From: Proteromonas lacertae | Lineage: Eukaryota | Length of the DNA: 64,000 bases | Direction of reading: 5' to 3' | Assembly (NCBI GenBank): GCA_002245135.1 | Contig: NGBS01001164.1 | Coordinates: 186,001 to 250,000, forward strand | Shown here: positions 12,988 through 26,395 of the stretch, in pieces | How the letters are laid out: every line of letters begins with the position of its first letter | Numbering within the stretch: the stretch's first letter is position 1 | Position numbers and translations under genes: made by a program | The notes under the pieces: generated by a model | Told to the model about the DNA's origin: nothing | Database searches by the model: none | What the model saw: only the letters and a program-made list of their open reading frames with translations

Positions 12988-13899
12988 TTATAAATCACTT
13001 TCATTTGCAATTTCAGGCAAAATTGCGACAATATTAAACTGTTCAGAACCACTACACATTCTTCTATCTCTTATACTATAACCATACTTATCAAATATAT
13101 AATAAAAATCATCAGTTATAATTCCTATTTCTTTATTTGCTTCACAACTAATTTCCATATATATAATCTTTATTTGATGATTAGCTAAATATGGTTCAAT
13201 ACCCTGTAATACATAAAACTCAAAACCTTCTACATCTATCTTCATTAAATTAATAGATTCAGTTCTTTTCTTCCATATATCAGTAAATGGATAAACATCA
13301 ATTACAAATTCACTTCTATCTTTTGCATCAGGGATATTCATGATTGAAGAACCACCCCAGTTGATTGGATCTACATATATTGTTGATTTATTTCTATAAC
13401 TACCTAAAGCAACAGGATATAATTCGATATTATTAGCATAAGATTGATTGAATAATAAAGATGTTGTAAAGAGGTTTAAATTCAATGGTACAGGTTCAAA
13501 TGCAATTGTTTTTATTTCATTAGCTAACATTAACAAGGAACAAGCTCCTATATTAGCACCTACATCAACAAACACTCCATTTGGATCTAACTTTGTGTGA
13601 GATGCCCATAAAACCATTAAGTTATCACAGTCATACCAATGATGATTTTGCCTAATCTCGTTTGATATTAAATCATATTCTTTACGTAAACAAATAGAGA
13701 ATAATATTTGTTGATAGAAATTGTATCTACTTTTTTCACAAGTTATATTCATTTCCATATACATAATAAAAGATCGATTCCAAGGTTCTACAGATATTTT
13801 GTTTCTCAATTTGGGTATTCCTCTTGTAATAAACAATGTAGCTGGAATAATGATCATAAATATTGAAATAAAGATTAAAACAACAAAATAAACAATCAT
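12988..13899 (-). CDS. FkbM-family SAM-dependent methyltransferase with N-terminal membrane anchor
   Basis: FVDVGANIG, IAFEPVP.N, VALG and LMKIDVEGFE; hydrophobic N-terminus; no introns. Confidence 0.88.
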   Translation of the reverse strand: MIVYFVVLIFISIFMIIIPATLFITRGIPKLRNKISVEPWNRSFIMYMEMNITCEKSRYNFYQQILFSICLRKEYDLISNEIRQNHHWYDCDNLMVLWASHTKLDPNGVFVDVGANIGACSLLMLANEIKTIAFEPVPLNLNLFTTSLLFNQSYANNIELYPVALGSYRNKSTIYVDPINWGGSSIMNIPDAKDRSEFVIDVYPFTDIWKKRTESINLMKIDVEGFEFYVLQGIEPYLANHQIKIIYMEISCEANKEIGIITDDFYYIFDKYGYSIRDRRMCSGSEQFNIVAILPEIANESDL

Positions 13900-14124
13900 T
13901 TTGAGTTTATTTTAGAAAAAATATTATTTTGGTTTGATTCTGCCAAACCTTTTATTTTTGTGCTTTAGTTAATTACATTCAATTATTGCTTTATATCTAA
14001 TTTAAACAACATCATTAATATATATATATGCATTTTTTATTATTCAATATTCACTATGTTTAGATATTTTATACATACTCGATTTAATTAATATACAGAA
14101 CTTATACTCTAAAATTTACAAAAT

Positions 14125-15883
14125 TTATATATTAGGATAAGACTATTGAATAATACAAAAGTAAAAATACATATTTATAAGCTCTCAAATCTCTTGCTTG
14201 TGGAGTATAGGACCTTCCTCTTGGATGATATTGAGTTGAACTACCTGATGTTAAATGTGGATATTTATCTACAGATGGTAAACTTACTCTTCTACTATTA
14301 TCATCAAACTCTATTGATTTATCATATTTTACTTTCGAAAGTAATGAAGCAGATGTACTACTACGCAAACCACCTGATGATGTTGGTTTAATTGGGACTT
14401 TGTACAGATGCTAATAAAGAACTTGCACTTTTACTACTTCCTAAACCACCAAGCTGCATGACCAATTGAATTATCATTACTATTCGAATTCATATTTGTA
14501 TTGCTATTAGTACTAGTTAATGATGATGTAGTGGTCAATGAACTAAAACTAGAACTAAAGGGTCTACGTAAATTATTAATTGGTTTAGCTGATGGTGTTA
14601 ATAAAGGAGGTGGTGCTTCATATAATTCTTTACGAGAAAACTGTAATTTACCTACATTGATTGGAGATAAAGGTGTTGCACCTATTTATATTAGTAAATA
14701 GAATGATATATTAAATACTGTTCATTGCTTTAACCTTTTCTACATTTGTATCAAATAAAAACTTTCTTGGTGTTGGTGCATCTGAAGCAGTTGTTGCTGT
14801 AGTTGATGTTTCGCTTAATTTTGATTGGGCTATTTATTAGTATATTGCAATTAGTTATACGTGTTGAAGGTGATGTAGTAGGAGTCATTCTTGGAGTTGG
14901 TGTATTGGATAAACTAGCAATCGAAGGATTAAGTTTCCTATAAATGAAATAACATAAAAAAGGTTTAACAATAATAATATATATACATATCTTCTTTCAT
15001 CACTGATTTTGTAGGTTCAGTTAGTTTATTTTCTTGTAATCTCATTTTATATACAGCTAATATAGAGATATTCTGTGAAAGTGCATTATAAGATGGTGTT
15101 GCAGGTCGTATAAGAGTTGGTGACCATTTAATGGATTGTCTTGCTCTTCTGATCATTGAAGTTCTTCTACTAGTTGATATTCTTCTTTGCTGTTTTGAAT
15201 TTAATACATTATTGTATGTGTTTAATAACAAATCTGAATCGTCAGGTACTATTTAGAGATAATTATCAATGATTAAAAATAATAATATTATACATTTACT
15301 TGGTGGTAAATTTGTTCTAAAATATGACAATCTCTATTCAAATAGATAGAACATTTATATTAAATACAGTTCCAAATAATTCTAATTGTTGAACAAAATT
15401 TGGACTACAATTACATGGCGGTCTTACCACTTTGATATATTTGATCGAATCATCTGCACTCCATCCATATTTTGCCATAAAATAAATAGCCAAACATGCT
15501 GCAGATCTATTTGTTCCATCATAGCTATGTATCTACAAAATAAATAAAAAGGTATTTAATACAAGACAGCAATCACAATTTTGAAATGCTTCCTCTATAA
15601 ACATATATATTTTCTTTGCCTATGCATGACTCAGAAATATAACAAATACATTTATATCTTGATTTCCAAGTAATTCACAAGGTCCTTTTGACCAATAAAA
15701 CGTTAAATACCTTTATATTAAACAACAGTAAATATACTTTATTCCTGCTTTCTCAAAACTATTTCGAACTTCCCTACCTGCACAGTTTATAATGTGAGTA
15801 ATTTGATTTGGGAACAAGAAATCGAAATCTTGAGCACAATCATAGTCACTTATAAATAGCCCATCTTTAATCTTAGTTGACAT
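14125..15883 (-). CDS. Dual-specificity-phosphatase-fold protein with catalytic Cys replaced by Ser, plus a Ser/Pro/Thr-rich tail
   Basis: Spliced N-terminus MSTKIKDGLFISD...ITHIINCAG...L|IHSYDGTNRSAAC...KYGWS...PNFVQQL; many short introns; TAA at 14125-14127. Confidence 0.75.
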
Positions 15884-16052
15884 TTCGTATAAAGAGATAA
15901 ATCTTATAACGAACTGACAAACTCATGGGGCAATTTTCGATAGTTTTCGTTTCAATCATTTTATTTTCACTTTATCTCACGATATAGAAAGAAAAACAAT
16001 ATTATATAAGCAATAAATATATTTATGAGTTATACTATATTGTTATTTCTAA

Positions 16053-16960
16053 TTAATTCATATTTTCCATTGGAACCAGTCATTTCTGTAATGTTAGATA
16101 GTTTCCTTTTATCTAATCTCACGGTTTCAACTATCCTTGCAAAATAAATGACTACTGCACATACAGATCCAATTACAATGCCAGCAACAATATCACTAAA
16201 ATGATGCCAATAATCTCTCTATAACAGTAAAATATAACTAAAATTCATACTGTTCTTGTAGCTGCAATCCATAGAGCCACAAAAATTGGAATACTTGACA
16301 CTAAAAACTTGATTGAAATGAAATAATTCTCTCTTATTTGTGAAAGAATGAAATATAGAATACATGATAAATACACTAAACTAGCCATAGCATAGGTAGA
16401 ATGGCCAGATGGAAAACTACGAATAGCTGAATTTACTCTAAGAAATGAAGCTTGGCATTTATTTATATCACCTAGTTTTCCATATACTCCATAAGTATGA
16501 GTTTCATTGTTATAAGGATAGTCACACAATGCGAAAAAGTTGGGTCTTAATCTACCATTTGCTTCTTTTAGAAAACCACATATTAAACCTGCAAATATTA
16601 GAGACTCACAAAATCCAAGTAGAATTCTTTGTTCAGACTATAGATGATTAATATTTGTATAAAATACAGGAATTGTGATGTTACTATGTGTATGTGATTT
16701 GATGAATGGGATTATAACCATTAGACAAATAAATGGCAAAACAATTAGGAAGAATAAAACATCAAAAGTTCTACCATAGTTATATAAGGATTATACGAGA
16801 ATGTTTCTTGCATTAAAGGATAAGAAAATTGAATATCACCTTCGAAGAAATCACGACTATGAGGAGGAATAATTTCACAAAGTATTATAAATGGCAGTAA
16901 TATAATTAGAGACAACCACTCTCTAGGATCAGTTTCTCCTAAATACTCTATTAAATGCAT
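16053..16960 (-). CDS. PAP2-family lipid phosphate phosphatase
   Basis: C1 KEANGRLRPNF, C2 SFPSGHS and C3 ATRT..YWHHFSDIVAG; three short introns. Confidence 0.9.
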
Positions 16961-17073
16961 TTTAAAATATGTGGGGTATTTTTGAGATAGTTTACATTAA
17001 CCAATACTTTAAACTTTCTTCTTTTGAAAGATCCAATAGTAGTATAGTAATATAAATTATAATTTAAGCAGCA

Positions 17074-18906
17074 ATGTCTTGGAGAGATGGATTTAAAAAA
17101 CTTACTAATAAATTAAAGGAGATGAAAGATCAAGTTATGGCTAATATGCAACTACCATCATTTCATACTGCTAAAATTGGTAGAGATATAGAAATAGAAG
17201 GGAAGGAGTTGGAAGAAACACTGAAAACTTGTGGTATGTGAAATAGTTGTTTAATCTTTATAGCTAATCATATGGGATATATGCTATTGAATTTTACTGA
17301 TCCTGAAGCTGATATAAAGTATCAAGCTATAGTTCTGGCTATAAACAAGTGGACTATTGGTTGTATTACATTTGATCAAGCAAAAGTGATTTTAAGTTTA
17401 TTAAGTAGTCACCAAACAGTTTTACTTACTGTTTGTGATGTTGAACAAATAACAGAGGCATATATTGTTCCAGAACAAGTATAAATTCATATATATATAT
17501 ATCTTTTTTTTACTTTATTTTTATATAGACAAATTCAAACATAGTAATACAAAAATGTTTACAGTTTTTACACAATAATTATCTATTTGATATATTGAAT
17601 TTAAATTACAAAGAAGTAACATCCTCACTGTTATATTCCATTATAAAATGGACTTCAATTGAACCAACAATTGATTATACATATTTATTCTTAAAACATC
17701 CAGAAATCATCTGGAAATTACTACATTTTACTATAGGACAAAGATTCCCAATGTATTTTTGATTATTATCATTATTATTATTATTATTATTAATATAGTT
17801 CTGATATAAGTATGAGAGCAATCAAAACTGAACCAGAAGTATCAATCGATTATAAAGAATTTGCTTCTAATTTAAAATACCCAAGTACCTTGTTTCACAT
17901 ATGTGATATATATAATTTATATTTACATGTATTAAAAGCTGAAGATTTAAATAAATACAATCAATACTTTATGAGTTTAATGAAGATAACTGACATTGTA
18001 ATATTTGATAGTATAATGCAAAACAAAGATAGTATTTATGCTGCTTTATATGACAAATATAATCAAATTGATGTAATTATTGAAATAATTAAATATCTAA
18101 AAACCCAAACTATTACTGAAGATATGTTGAATGAAATAAGTGAATATGATGTGAGTGAAATGGAAGAAGTTATTGAAAATTTATCGCCCCAAAAGAAACA
18201 ACCAAAACAACAAGTAGAAGGTGAAGATGATGAAGTAGTTGAAGGATCTAAAGATAAAGAAGATAATAATAATGAAGAAATTGAAACAGAACAGTCATTA
18301 TTATCCAAACTACAAGCAATGGAAGTATCTAAAATCCTTCAAATAATGAATGTATTGTTTACTCGAAATCATGAATATATTATTCCTACTTATCTCTTAT
18401 TATTTATTGCTGATATTAATTCTGATGTTAATTTGGTTGAAAAGTATTTCTTTATTAAAGATATTGTTCATATGGTACCAAGAAAATGTCAAATGATATT
18501 GGCACATTTAATTGACTTAGTATATATATATTTTTTATTTTTTATATTCTTATAATAGTGTCTTCATTGTGATATATCTATTCAATTATTGGATATTCTT
18601 TCAAATTCATTGGCATTTAAAGAAATACATGTATTTAATAATTTCAATATAATATATAATATAATATAATAGATTGGTATTATAGGAGTGTATTTAAAAC
18701 TATTATTGGTAGATCCACAATATTTTTTCACTCCTATAGCTGAACACAAATGTAGAGGAGATAAGACAGTTAGTAAAACAAGATGCACTTGCCACTTCTC
18801 ATTGAAAATGAGTTGGGAAGAAATTAACGATTTGGCAAAGCAACCTTATTCTGAAGAAGGAAGATTATCATCTTGTAGATTATGTGGTAATTGGATTCCT
18901 GAATAA
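17074..18906 (+). CDS. Hypothetical helical protein with possible degenerate RhoGAP-like segments and a Cys-rich C-terminus
   Basis: Continuous spliced frame from MSWRDGFKKL to CRLCGNWIPE*; IKDIVHMVPRKCQMILAHLIDFLH is weakly RhoGAP-like. Function uncertain. Confidence 0.5.
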
Positions 18907-18952
18907 ATAAATTATAATAACAATAGTGATATATATATAAAATGTTTTGTAT

Positions 18953-19279
18953 TTAACCAAGAATTGGTATTCTTTCTACTTTCTTTGTTTCTGGATCATA
19001 AAATACTCTTACTCTATCTAATCGCATATCCATTGTGACAGGATCAGTCTATTATTAACATTATTAACAATACCATTTTTAATTTTTGAATAATAATATC
19101 TTGTCTATCTTTTCTTATAGTTTCAACAGCATAATCCACATCTTTTCCCATCAACTCTGGCCATCTAGAAAATATTAACCTAATCTATACGAAGCTCTAT
19201 TTGGATCGCCACATAATGCACTTGCGACTATAATAGCAAGAAACATCATAGAACATAATTTAATATGACAGCTATTCAT
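18953..19279 (-). CDS. Secreted potato-inhibitor-I (I13) family serine protease inhibitor
   Basis: Not in the ORF track. Two short introns give a hydrophobic leader, then SWPELMGKDVDYAVETI...DPVTMDMRLDRVRVFYDPETKKVERIPILG*, matching the WPELVG / VTxDxRxDRVR / PxVG signature. Confidence 0.88.
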
Positions 19280-19339
19280 CTAAAAAAACAATCAAACACG
19301 AAAAAAAATATTTGGCTTGTTAATAAAACGGATAAATAA

Positions 19340-20760
19340 TTATATTCTGCGAAAACTAATATATTCCTCCACTATTGAATGAATATCACTAAATGATTCT
19401 TCTAATTGACTGTTTTCTAAACCATATTTATTATACCAGTTTAGATAAGCTTTTGCATCATACATTAAAGTTGCTTTATTCAAGCAATACTTCATACTAT
19501 CAACGATAGCATTTCTATGAATGCAAGTTGTTACATTTCTCATCACTCCTGCGCTTGGAAATGCATCTTTCGACACTAGTTCTTGAATTCCATCAGATAT
19601 TCCAAGTAAATTCATTGCCCTTGTTGATTTTGTTAATATTTCATTCTCATATCTACTGTAGTCATTCATTGTATTTCCTCTAATGATATTATACATTGAA
19701 ATTGTATATAACTGTTGTTTCTTGTTATTATATTTATATATTAATGATAATAAATTCTGATTTAATGTATTCCATGAAGATTGAAGAGAATCTAAATTAT
19801 TAAAACATTATTTATACTTTGCTTCTGTATTCTGCTATTATTTATATTAATTAATGGAGTAGAATATAATTCCATAAACTATTATTCATATATATATATA
19901 TATAATAATAATTATTATATACTTTCATAGAAGAAATAGGTGGTAAATTATAATAAAACATATTCCAATCAAATTGTTCAAAATAAGGGCATTTATTTCT
20001 CTTCATCTTTTGAACTGTTGGGAAAAATAGTCCAGCTAGATTAGTAGCAATTATTGAATTAATATTAGATATTGAAACATTCTTCCTACGAGTATATATA
20101 TCATTAAAATTATATATAAATATACTTCCATTCTCTTTGATTTAAGGCAACATTCATTAAATAATCATTTTCAAAATATATACAACTATCTGCATAATCT
20201 TTTATTGTTTTCCATGTAAGTATTGTGTTATAATATTGTAAAGGAGTATCACCATTCCAACTAGGATGTATTATTATTGGTAATAGATTCAAACTACCAA
20301 ATTCATTTCTACATTCACTTAAAATTCTACTTCCTAAACCAGAACCTGTTCCACCACCTGTACTATACACAAATACTATCCCTTTGGCAAAATCACTCTC
20401 TTCTAGTTCTTGTCTGATTATATCTATTGCTTTGGAATATAAAGGATTCTTTTGATTTAAATCATTATAACCTAAAGCCCAATTATTTGCTCGACCGTTA
20501 GTATCAGATAAAATATTTCTCGATTTTATGTTAGCTATGTCTTTAAACTCTTGTAACACTTTTGGTTCACTATCTACTAACACACAACGACAATAATTCT
20601 TTTCTTTGTATCTATAAAACATCGGATGATATTCATTATCATAATTCTTTAATTCTGAATTAGCTAAACACCAAAAAGGTAATCCAATCTATTTTTGGTA
20701 ATATTTTAATATTCATACTTGATTACCGCATTGTCCAATATGAATATAGACAGTACTCGT
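19340..20760 (-). CDS. Zeta(eta)-type tubulin; first codon is ACG
   Basis: (ACG)STVYIHIGQCGNQ, RCVLVDSEPKV, GRANNWALGY, GGGTGSGLGS, GDTPLQYYN and KAYLNWYNKYG; four GT-AG introns. DSEPK and TPLQ are zeta-like rather than delta-like. Confidence 0.75.
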
Positions 20761-20872
20761 TTGTCTTGCTATACTGATAAAAAACAACTTCAAGCTTTTT
20801 TTATGAAGCTTGATTTTTATTTTTCTTCAAAATCAATCAATTAAAACAGTTTTGTCAAAAAAATGAAAATAG

Positions 20873-21891
20873 TTATATAATATTATAGAATTCTTCTTGA
20901 ATTTCTTCCTTATCTTCTTCCATTATTCCATTCATTTTTATCTTTTTAATTGACAAAAGTGCGAGTAAAAATGATTTCAAATGTTTTTTAGTTATGTTAG
21001 CTTTTGAATGTTATTGATAATTTTATCCAATCCATTGAAAACTCCACTATTTCTTTTAATTAATCTTAATCCTTTTTCATCTAATTCATTTCCTGATAAA
21101 TTTAACTTTCTTAGTGGATAATTATCTTTTATCTTTTCTATTAATAACTTCAATCCATTTTCACTCATTCCAATATCTATTTAATGTTTATATTCATAAT
21201 AATAATACTTGAAACACATTATTATCCTCTTCAAATGGTAATTGATAGTTTAAATCATCTCATATAATATACATCCAATTGACCAAATCACACTTTTCTC
21301 ATCACATTCTAATCCACTCAACTCTTCTGGGCTTTTGAAACATATATCATACACTCTCATTTCATCATCATTTCCCAATGCATTCAAAAATAAATCACAT
21401 AACAACATATTATTATTAACTTTATAAATCACATTACTGCTCTTTAAATTATCAACTATTATATCATTTTCACTCAATATTATTAATGTATTACATATAT
21501 AACATATCACATTACAAATAAGTCTATTTGTTAATGATTTGCCTTTTATTAATTCTTCTAAATCTCTAGTGTAATATTTTCTTGATAATAATATCATATT
21601 ACATCCGATATGTTGTATTTGAAATGGATATGTGATTAAACTACAATTTTTGGATAATAATTGATGATTCTCGATAAATTTCAATATATGCTTTTCTTTG
21701 ATCTTCCGGATATTTAATATTTTTATCATTTTAACATCGTTCATCATTTCTACTTTCACATTAACTTCATTTACATTCTTTTCACCTGTTTCTTTTATCT
21801 ATTAAAGAATATCCACAATTTTTCATACTTTTGCATTTAATGGTAGAAGCGATGATAATTTATTATCTAAGAATGAGTTTAAGTTTATCAT
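20873..21891 (-). pseudogene. Internally deleted, frameshifted copy of the pseudokinase-LRR family
   Basis: Kinase part (VDNLKSSN, CDLF, KSPEE, WSIGCILYEMI*) stops and frameshifts at about 21250. It then jumps directly to the family's last intron and last exon (IGMSENGLK..LNLSGNELDEKG), which carries further frameshifts. Confidence 0.85.
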
Positions 21892-22192
21892 TCTTGTTTC
21901 AAAATATTTAGTCGTTTCTATTCTTTATTTTCTTAATTAAACATCATTAAACACATCAAATACTCATTATACATATTGAAAATTGCTATTGCTAGATCAT
22001 TCTATTCATTAATTATAATATTGAGATTATAACTGAATTACAAAACAAAATTAACTAACAAAGGATGTGATAGTAAAATATGAAGAGTAATTGATAAATT
22101 GTAACGACATTATTTCGAATGATATATTTACACTGATCTATATGTTTTGTTTAGCTTTTTAAAAAAGAAAAAAAATATTGAAAAAAAAGTCA

Positions 22193-22204
22193 TTTCGCGC
22201 CAAA
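22193..22204. promoter_or_regulatory. E2F/DP binding-site 12-mer TTTCGCGCCAAA
   Basis: Exact overlapping inverted TTTSSCGC sites about 105 nt upstream of ATG 22311, in otherwise CG-poor DNA. Confidence 0.55.
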
Positions 22205-22310
22205 CTGAATAAAATGAATAGAAACACTCAAAATCTTAACAAAATAATAGAAATGATTAATCAATGATTTTAAAAATTCGTATAGAACCATATTTGAAGA
22301 GTTAAAACAG

Positions 22311-24286
22311 ATGTTTGAAGAAGATCTCTCCTTGTGTAAACTACAAGCTAAATGATAATAATATACTATCAGTATTTTCTCAGATAATTCCCAAACTATC
22401 CTGCATTTCAGATTTTTCAACACATTTGTCATTTTTACCTTGTTACTTCAAATTTATAGAAACAAACGATATAAATGAAGAGATATGTCTTGGAGTGACA
22501 AATTATATAAGAAATGTGATAATGAAGTGGAATGAATTATCAAATGGAGTAGATTCAACTCAACTAAAGCAATATTTTCAAGTATAACCTATATAGGCTA
22601 TAGTGATATAGACACTAAGTTCAATAATTGAATGTGTATTTACAAAAATAGATAATGATGATATAATACTTGAGTTATATTATGATAATTTACTCTGTTT
22701 GAATGATATATTAAGTGATAATATTTATTTAATTAGTTCAACATGGAAACCAATGATAAAACACAGTATTACTGTATAATTATAACATAATATAATATTA
22801 TTATATAATAGAAACATTTTGATAATATTCCAGTGAATGAAATATTTGATGTTTTATTTAATCAAATAAATAAGAGAATAATTAAAATAGAGAAGATGAA
22901 AGAAGATGAAATATCAACAGATATAAAGATATTGAAGTTATTCCTAATATTTATAATTGGATTTAGTAAAACTTATATAACAGACATATTGAACAATGAA
23001 AATGAAAAACTGAATGAAGTAATAACATCATTATGTAAGTGGAGATTATTTCTCAATGATAAATATGCTAGTGAAAGTATTTATAAATTATTATATGATA
23101 ATATTTATTCACTAATTGATATAATAATAAAGAATGATAGAATAATAGACTATTTACTATCTAATAATAATGATAATAGTAAAATAGATGGGTTATATCT
23201 AATATTGATTGATTTATTGAAATATAATCAGAATTCTTCTCTCTATTCATTATTATTTCAAAACATATATAATGATAATCCAATCTTGTTATATAAATAT
23301 GAAAATATCTATTGTAGTGAATATATAGTAGGATTAATAGAGAGAGATTTAAATATAATAATATCCAATTATTCAATTCAAAATATGATGATGAAATTGT
23401 TTGAAAAAAGTGAATTATTTCCATTTTTGTTATGTATTTATGTAAAAATATTCAATAATCTAAAGATAGAAGATCAAAAGATATATCATAATACAATATT
23501 CAGTTATATATTATATGATGATTGTGAGAATAATAATATGACAATTCAATTAATATATTTATTAAACAATTTGTATGAAGTATTTCAGTTTGATGTAATT
23601 GAATATTATTTGAATGAATTATCCATATGTGAAATATATAGATATAATAATTATGTGTTGTTTATAAAATATTATAATTGGAAAGATAAAAATATAAATA
23701 CAAATTCATCCTTAAACTATATTCTAAACTCTTTATTCTATCAATTAAATTCTTTTGTTAATGAAATAAAGAGTTATAGTAAATACAATGAAAAAGAGTT
23801 AATATCAATAATCGAATGTTTAATATCTTTATTCAGAATAAAGAACAATTCATCAATAAAGAATATGATAAAAGAATTTGAGAATGTGTTAAATCTGATT
23901 ATTCCATTACTTCCAGTTTCTACTATCTTATTTGTATATTTATTATTATTATTATTGAATAGTTATTAGATAATTTTAATGTTTTATATTCAAAAGATTT
24001 ATTATCCAATGTATTTCAGAAAATAGATATAAACAAATTAAAATCAAATGAAATGAAAGAATTATTGATTTTACTTCCTAAAATTAGTGTTTATAGTGAT
24101 AATATAGGTAATATGATTATTCCAATATATCACAAAGGACTTAGTTCAATAGATATGGATGAATATTTGGTTAGTTTATTATCTTATAGAGATTTTGCTC
24201 TTCATTGTAATCCTTCTCTTATAAAACTGTTAATTCCACCAAATGAATTGAAAAAGGTGGTTAATGATTTGAGTATGATAAAATAG
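22311..24286 (+). CDS. Hypothetical alpha-solenoid protein, possibly FIRRM/C1orf112-like
   Basis: ATG 22311 with intron 22336-22372 and three more introns joins the ORFs. LISSTWKPMIK and LVSLLSYRDFA weakly recall FIRRM motifs. Confidence 0.4.
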
Positions 24287-24473
24287 ATGATAAATTCAAT
24301 AGAAAATGATGTTATTTCTTTTTTTATTGTTTTGGGGTATGAAAATTCTTAGTTAAACGAATATTATTTTTGCAACTGTTTTAAAAATATAGTTGTTTCA
24401 AATTCCATTATTTTTTAATTTGAAGTATAGACTCATTATTACCTCTAATTTTTTATTTGAATAGAATTTAAAA

Positions 24474-25277
24474 ATGGATAGAGAACATAGACCAGGAGGT
24501 AAAACAGGAAGTGGTCCAATTTCAGATTCTGCTTTGTCTGCAGCAAGAAAAGAAAGACAAAGACAACTTGCACTGGAATCAATTGATATTACTAAAGTAT
24601 ATATTAATTTCAATTATTATAGGATCCTTACATTATGAGAAACCATCTGGGAACTTATGAATGTAAACTATGTTTAACTTTGCATAATACAGAAGGTAAT
24701 TATTTAGCTCATACTCAAGGAAAACGTCATCAGACGAATTTAGCAAGAAGAAGTATATTTAAGTCATTTTACTATTATATTAATAGATGCAATAGAGAGT
24801 AAAGAGTTAGCATTAGGTCCAAGACCATTAAATAGATTAAGAAAAAACAGAAAATCTGGAATTGGCCATCCTGGTTATAAAGTAATCAGAACTCAAGATC
24901 CAATAACTCATCAATGTTCATTGACATTTGAACTAACTTATCCAGAGATAGATCCACATATACAACCTCGACATCGATTTATGTCAGCATATGAACAAAA
25001 AGTAGAAGCTCCAGATAAGAGATATCAATATGTGATATTTGCAGCTGATCCATATACAACTATTGCATTTAAAATACCCAATAGAGAGATAGACAAAGAA
25101 GAAGGTAAATTTATTTCTAATTGGGATAGAAATAAAAAGATTTTTTCAGTATAATTACATTTTACTTATTTTTTCTTCTAATAGTTACAATTCTATTTCA
25201 AGACAAAAGAACAAGTTGAAAAAGATCATCAAAAATTATTAAATAGACCTGCTCCAGCTAATATTAATAAATATTAA
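24474..25277 (+). CDS. SF3A2: Splicing factor 3A subunit 2 (U2 snRNP)
   Basis: MDREHRPGGKTGSG, DPYIMRNHLGTYECKLCLTLHNTEGNYLAHTQGKRHQTNLARR and PRHRFMSAYEQKVE; three introns. Confidence 0.95.
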
Positions 25278-25397
25278 ATTTTCTTTATTAACACATGCTT
25301 GTTTTATTACTAGATATAATACAAAAACAAATATCTTGTTTATAATTTATATAAAAAAAAGATTTACATTTAACTATTATTATTATTATTATCACTA

Positions 25398-26205
25398 CTA
25401 CTTCTTTGGTAATGTAAGCATACTCTCTAAACTCTCCTTTAATTGTGCATTTAATTGTCTTAAGTTTTGCATTTCCTCTTCATGTCTCTTTTTAGCAGCT
25501 TCTCTTCTTTCTTCTTCCTTTTCTTCTATTTCAACACATTTTTGTTTCAATTCAACTACTTGACGTTCTAAATCAGCACATTCAGATTCAAGAGTAGATA
25601 TCTATTCAATCATAGAGATTAATCTATACTGTATTTTGCATTTCAACCTTCTTCTGTTCAGCCATAAGTGCTTTTCTCATACCATATGCAATTGAACTTT
25701 CATATAATGATTGATAAGCAGCAATTGTCATTCTAATTTCATCTCTTACTCTCAATAACAATAAACCTCTTTCTGCACAACTGATGGTGATTTGACGGAT
25801 TAATTCATCAAAACATTGTGAATATAATTCTTCTCTGATAGGACAAATACCAGTTTCTCTGGCTTGTCTTTGTTGTAATTTTTGATCCAGTTGTTCTTGT
25901 AAATTAATTACATCTAAACGAGTAGCTGGTGTACTTGAAACGTATTGAACCCATAATTGTCCATTTTCTGTCCATTCTCTATATAATAGTTAAAAAATAT
26001 GAATACCTTGGTGGTAATATAGAATTTAATATATCTTCAGTTTGTGATGTTGTTTTTTTACCTTCTACAGGTGGTAACTATGATTAAATGAATTAAAAAA
26101 TTCAAAAATGAGTTATACTTTTTGAATTTGTCCTTTCTTTCCTTTAGTTGTGCTTACTAAATTTGGATTATCATATTTTACTAATGAAGTTTGTGATGGG
26201 AGCAT
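25398..26205 (-). CDS. DNALI1: Axonemal inner-arm dynein light chain p28
   Basis: Not in the ORF track. Spliced SLVKYDNP, EDILNSILPPREW, STPATRLDVINLQEQLD, RQARETGICPIREELYSQCFDELIRQ and ERGLLLLRVRDEIRMT. Confidence 0.95.
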
Positions 26206-26395
26206 TTAAAAAAACAAAAACAAATAACAAAAACGGCTTATATAAAAAAGTACAGTTATCTCCTCTCTTTAAAAATCAAAAACTCATTATAGGCTTGAGT
26301 ATTCAATCTCATTTTAATTCTTGTTTTTCTCTTATCTAGATCATTTGAGTTTTATTGTATAACATTAATCAAATTTATATTATAGATACTGCACA

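Noticed and set aside
22214..22375. Apparent Euplotes-like +1 frameshifts at CAA-TGA and AAA-TGA
   Set aside because: ATG 22311 plus an ordinary 37-nt GT-AG intron (22336-22372) restores the frame.
25374..25400. Run of tandem in-frame stop codons after p28
   Set aside because: Largely a (TAA)n microsatellite, which is common throughout this window.
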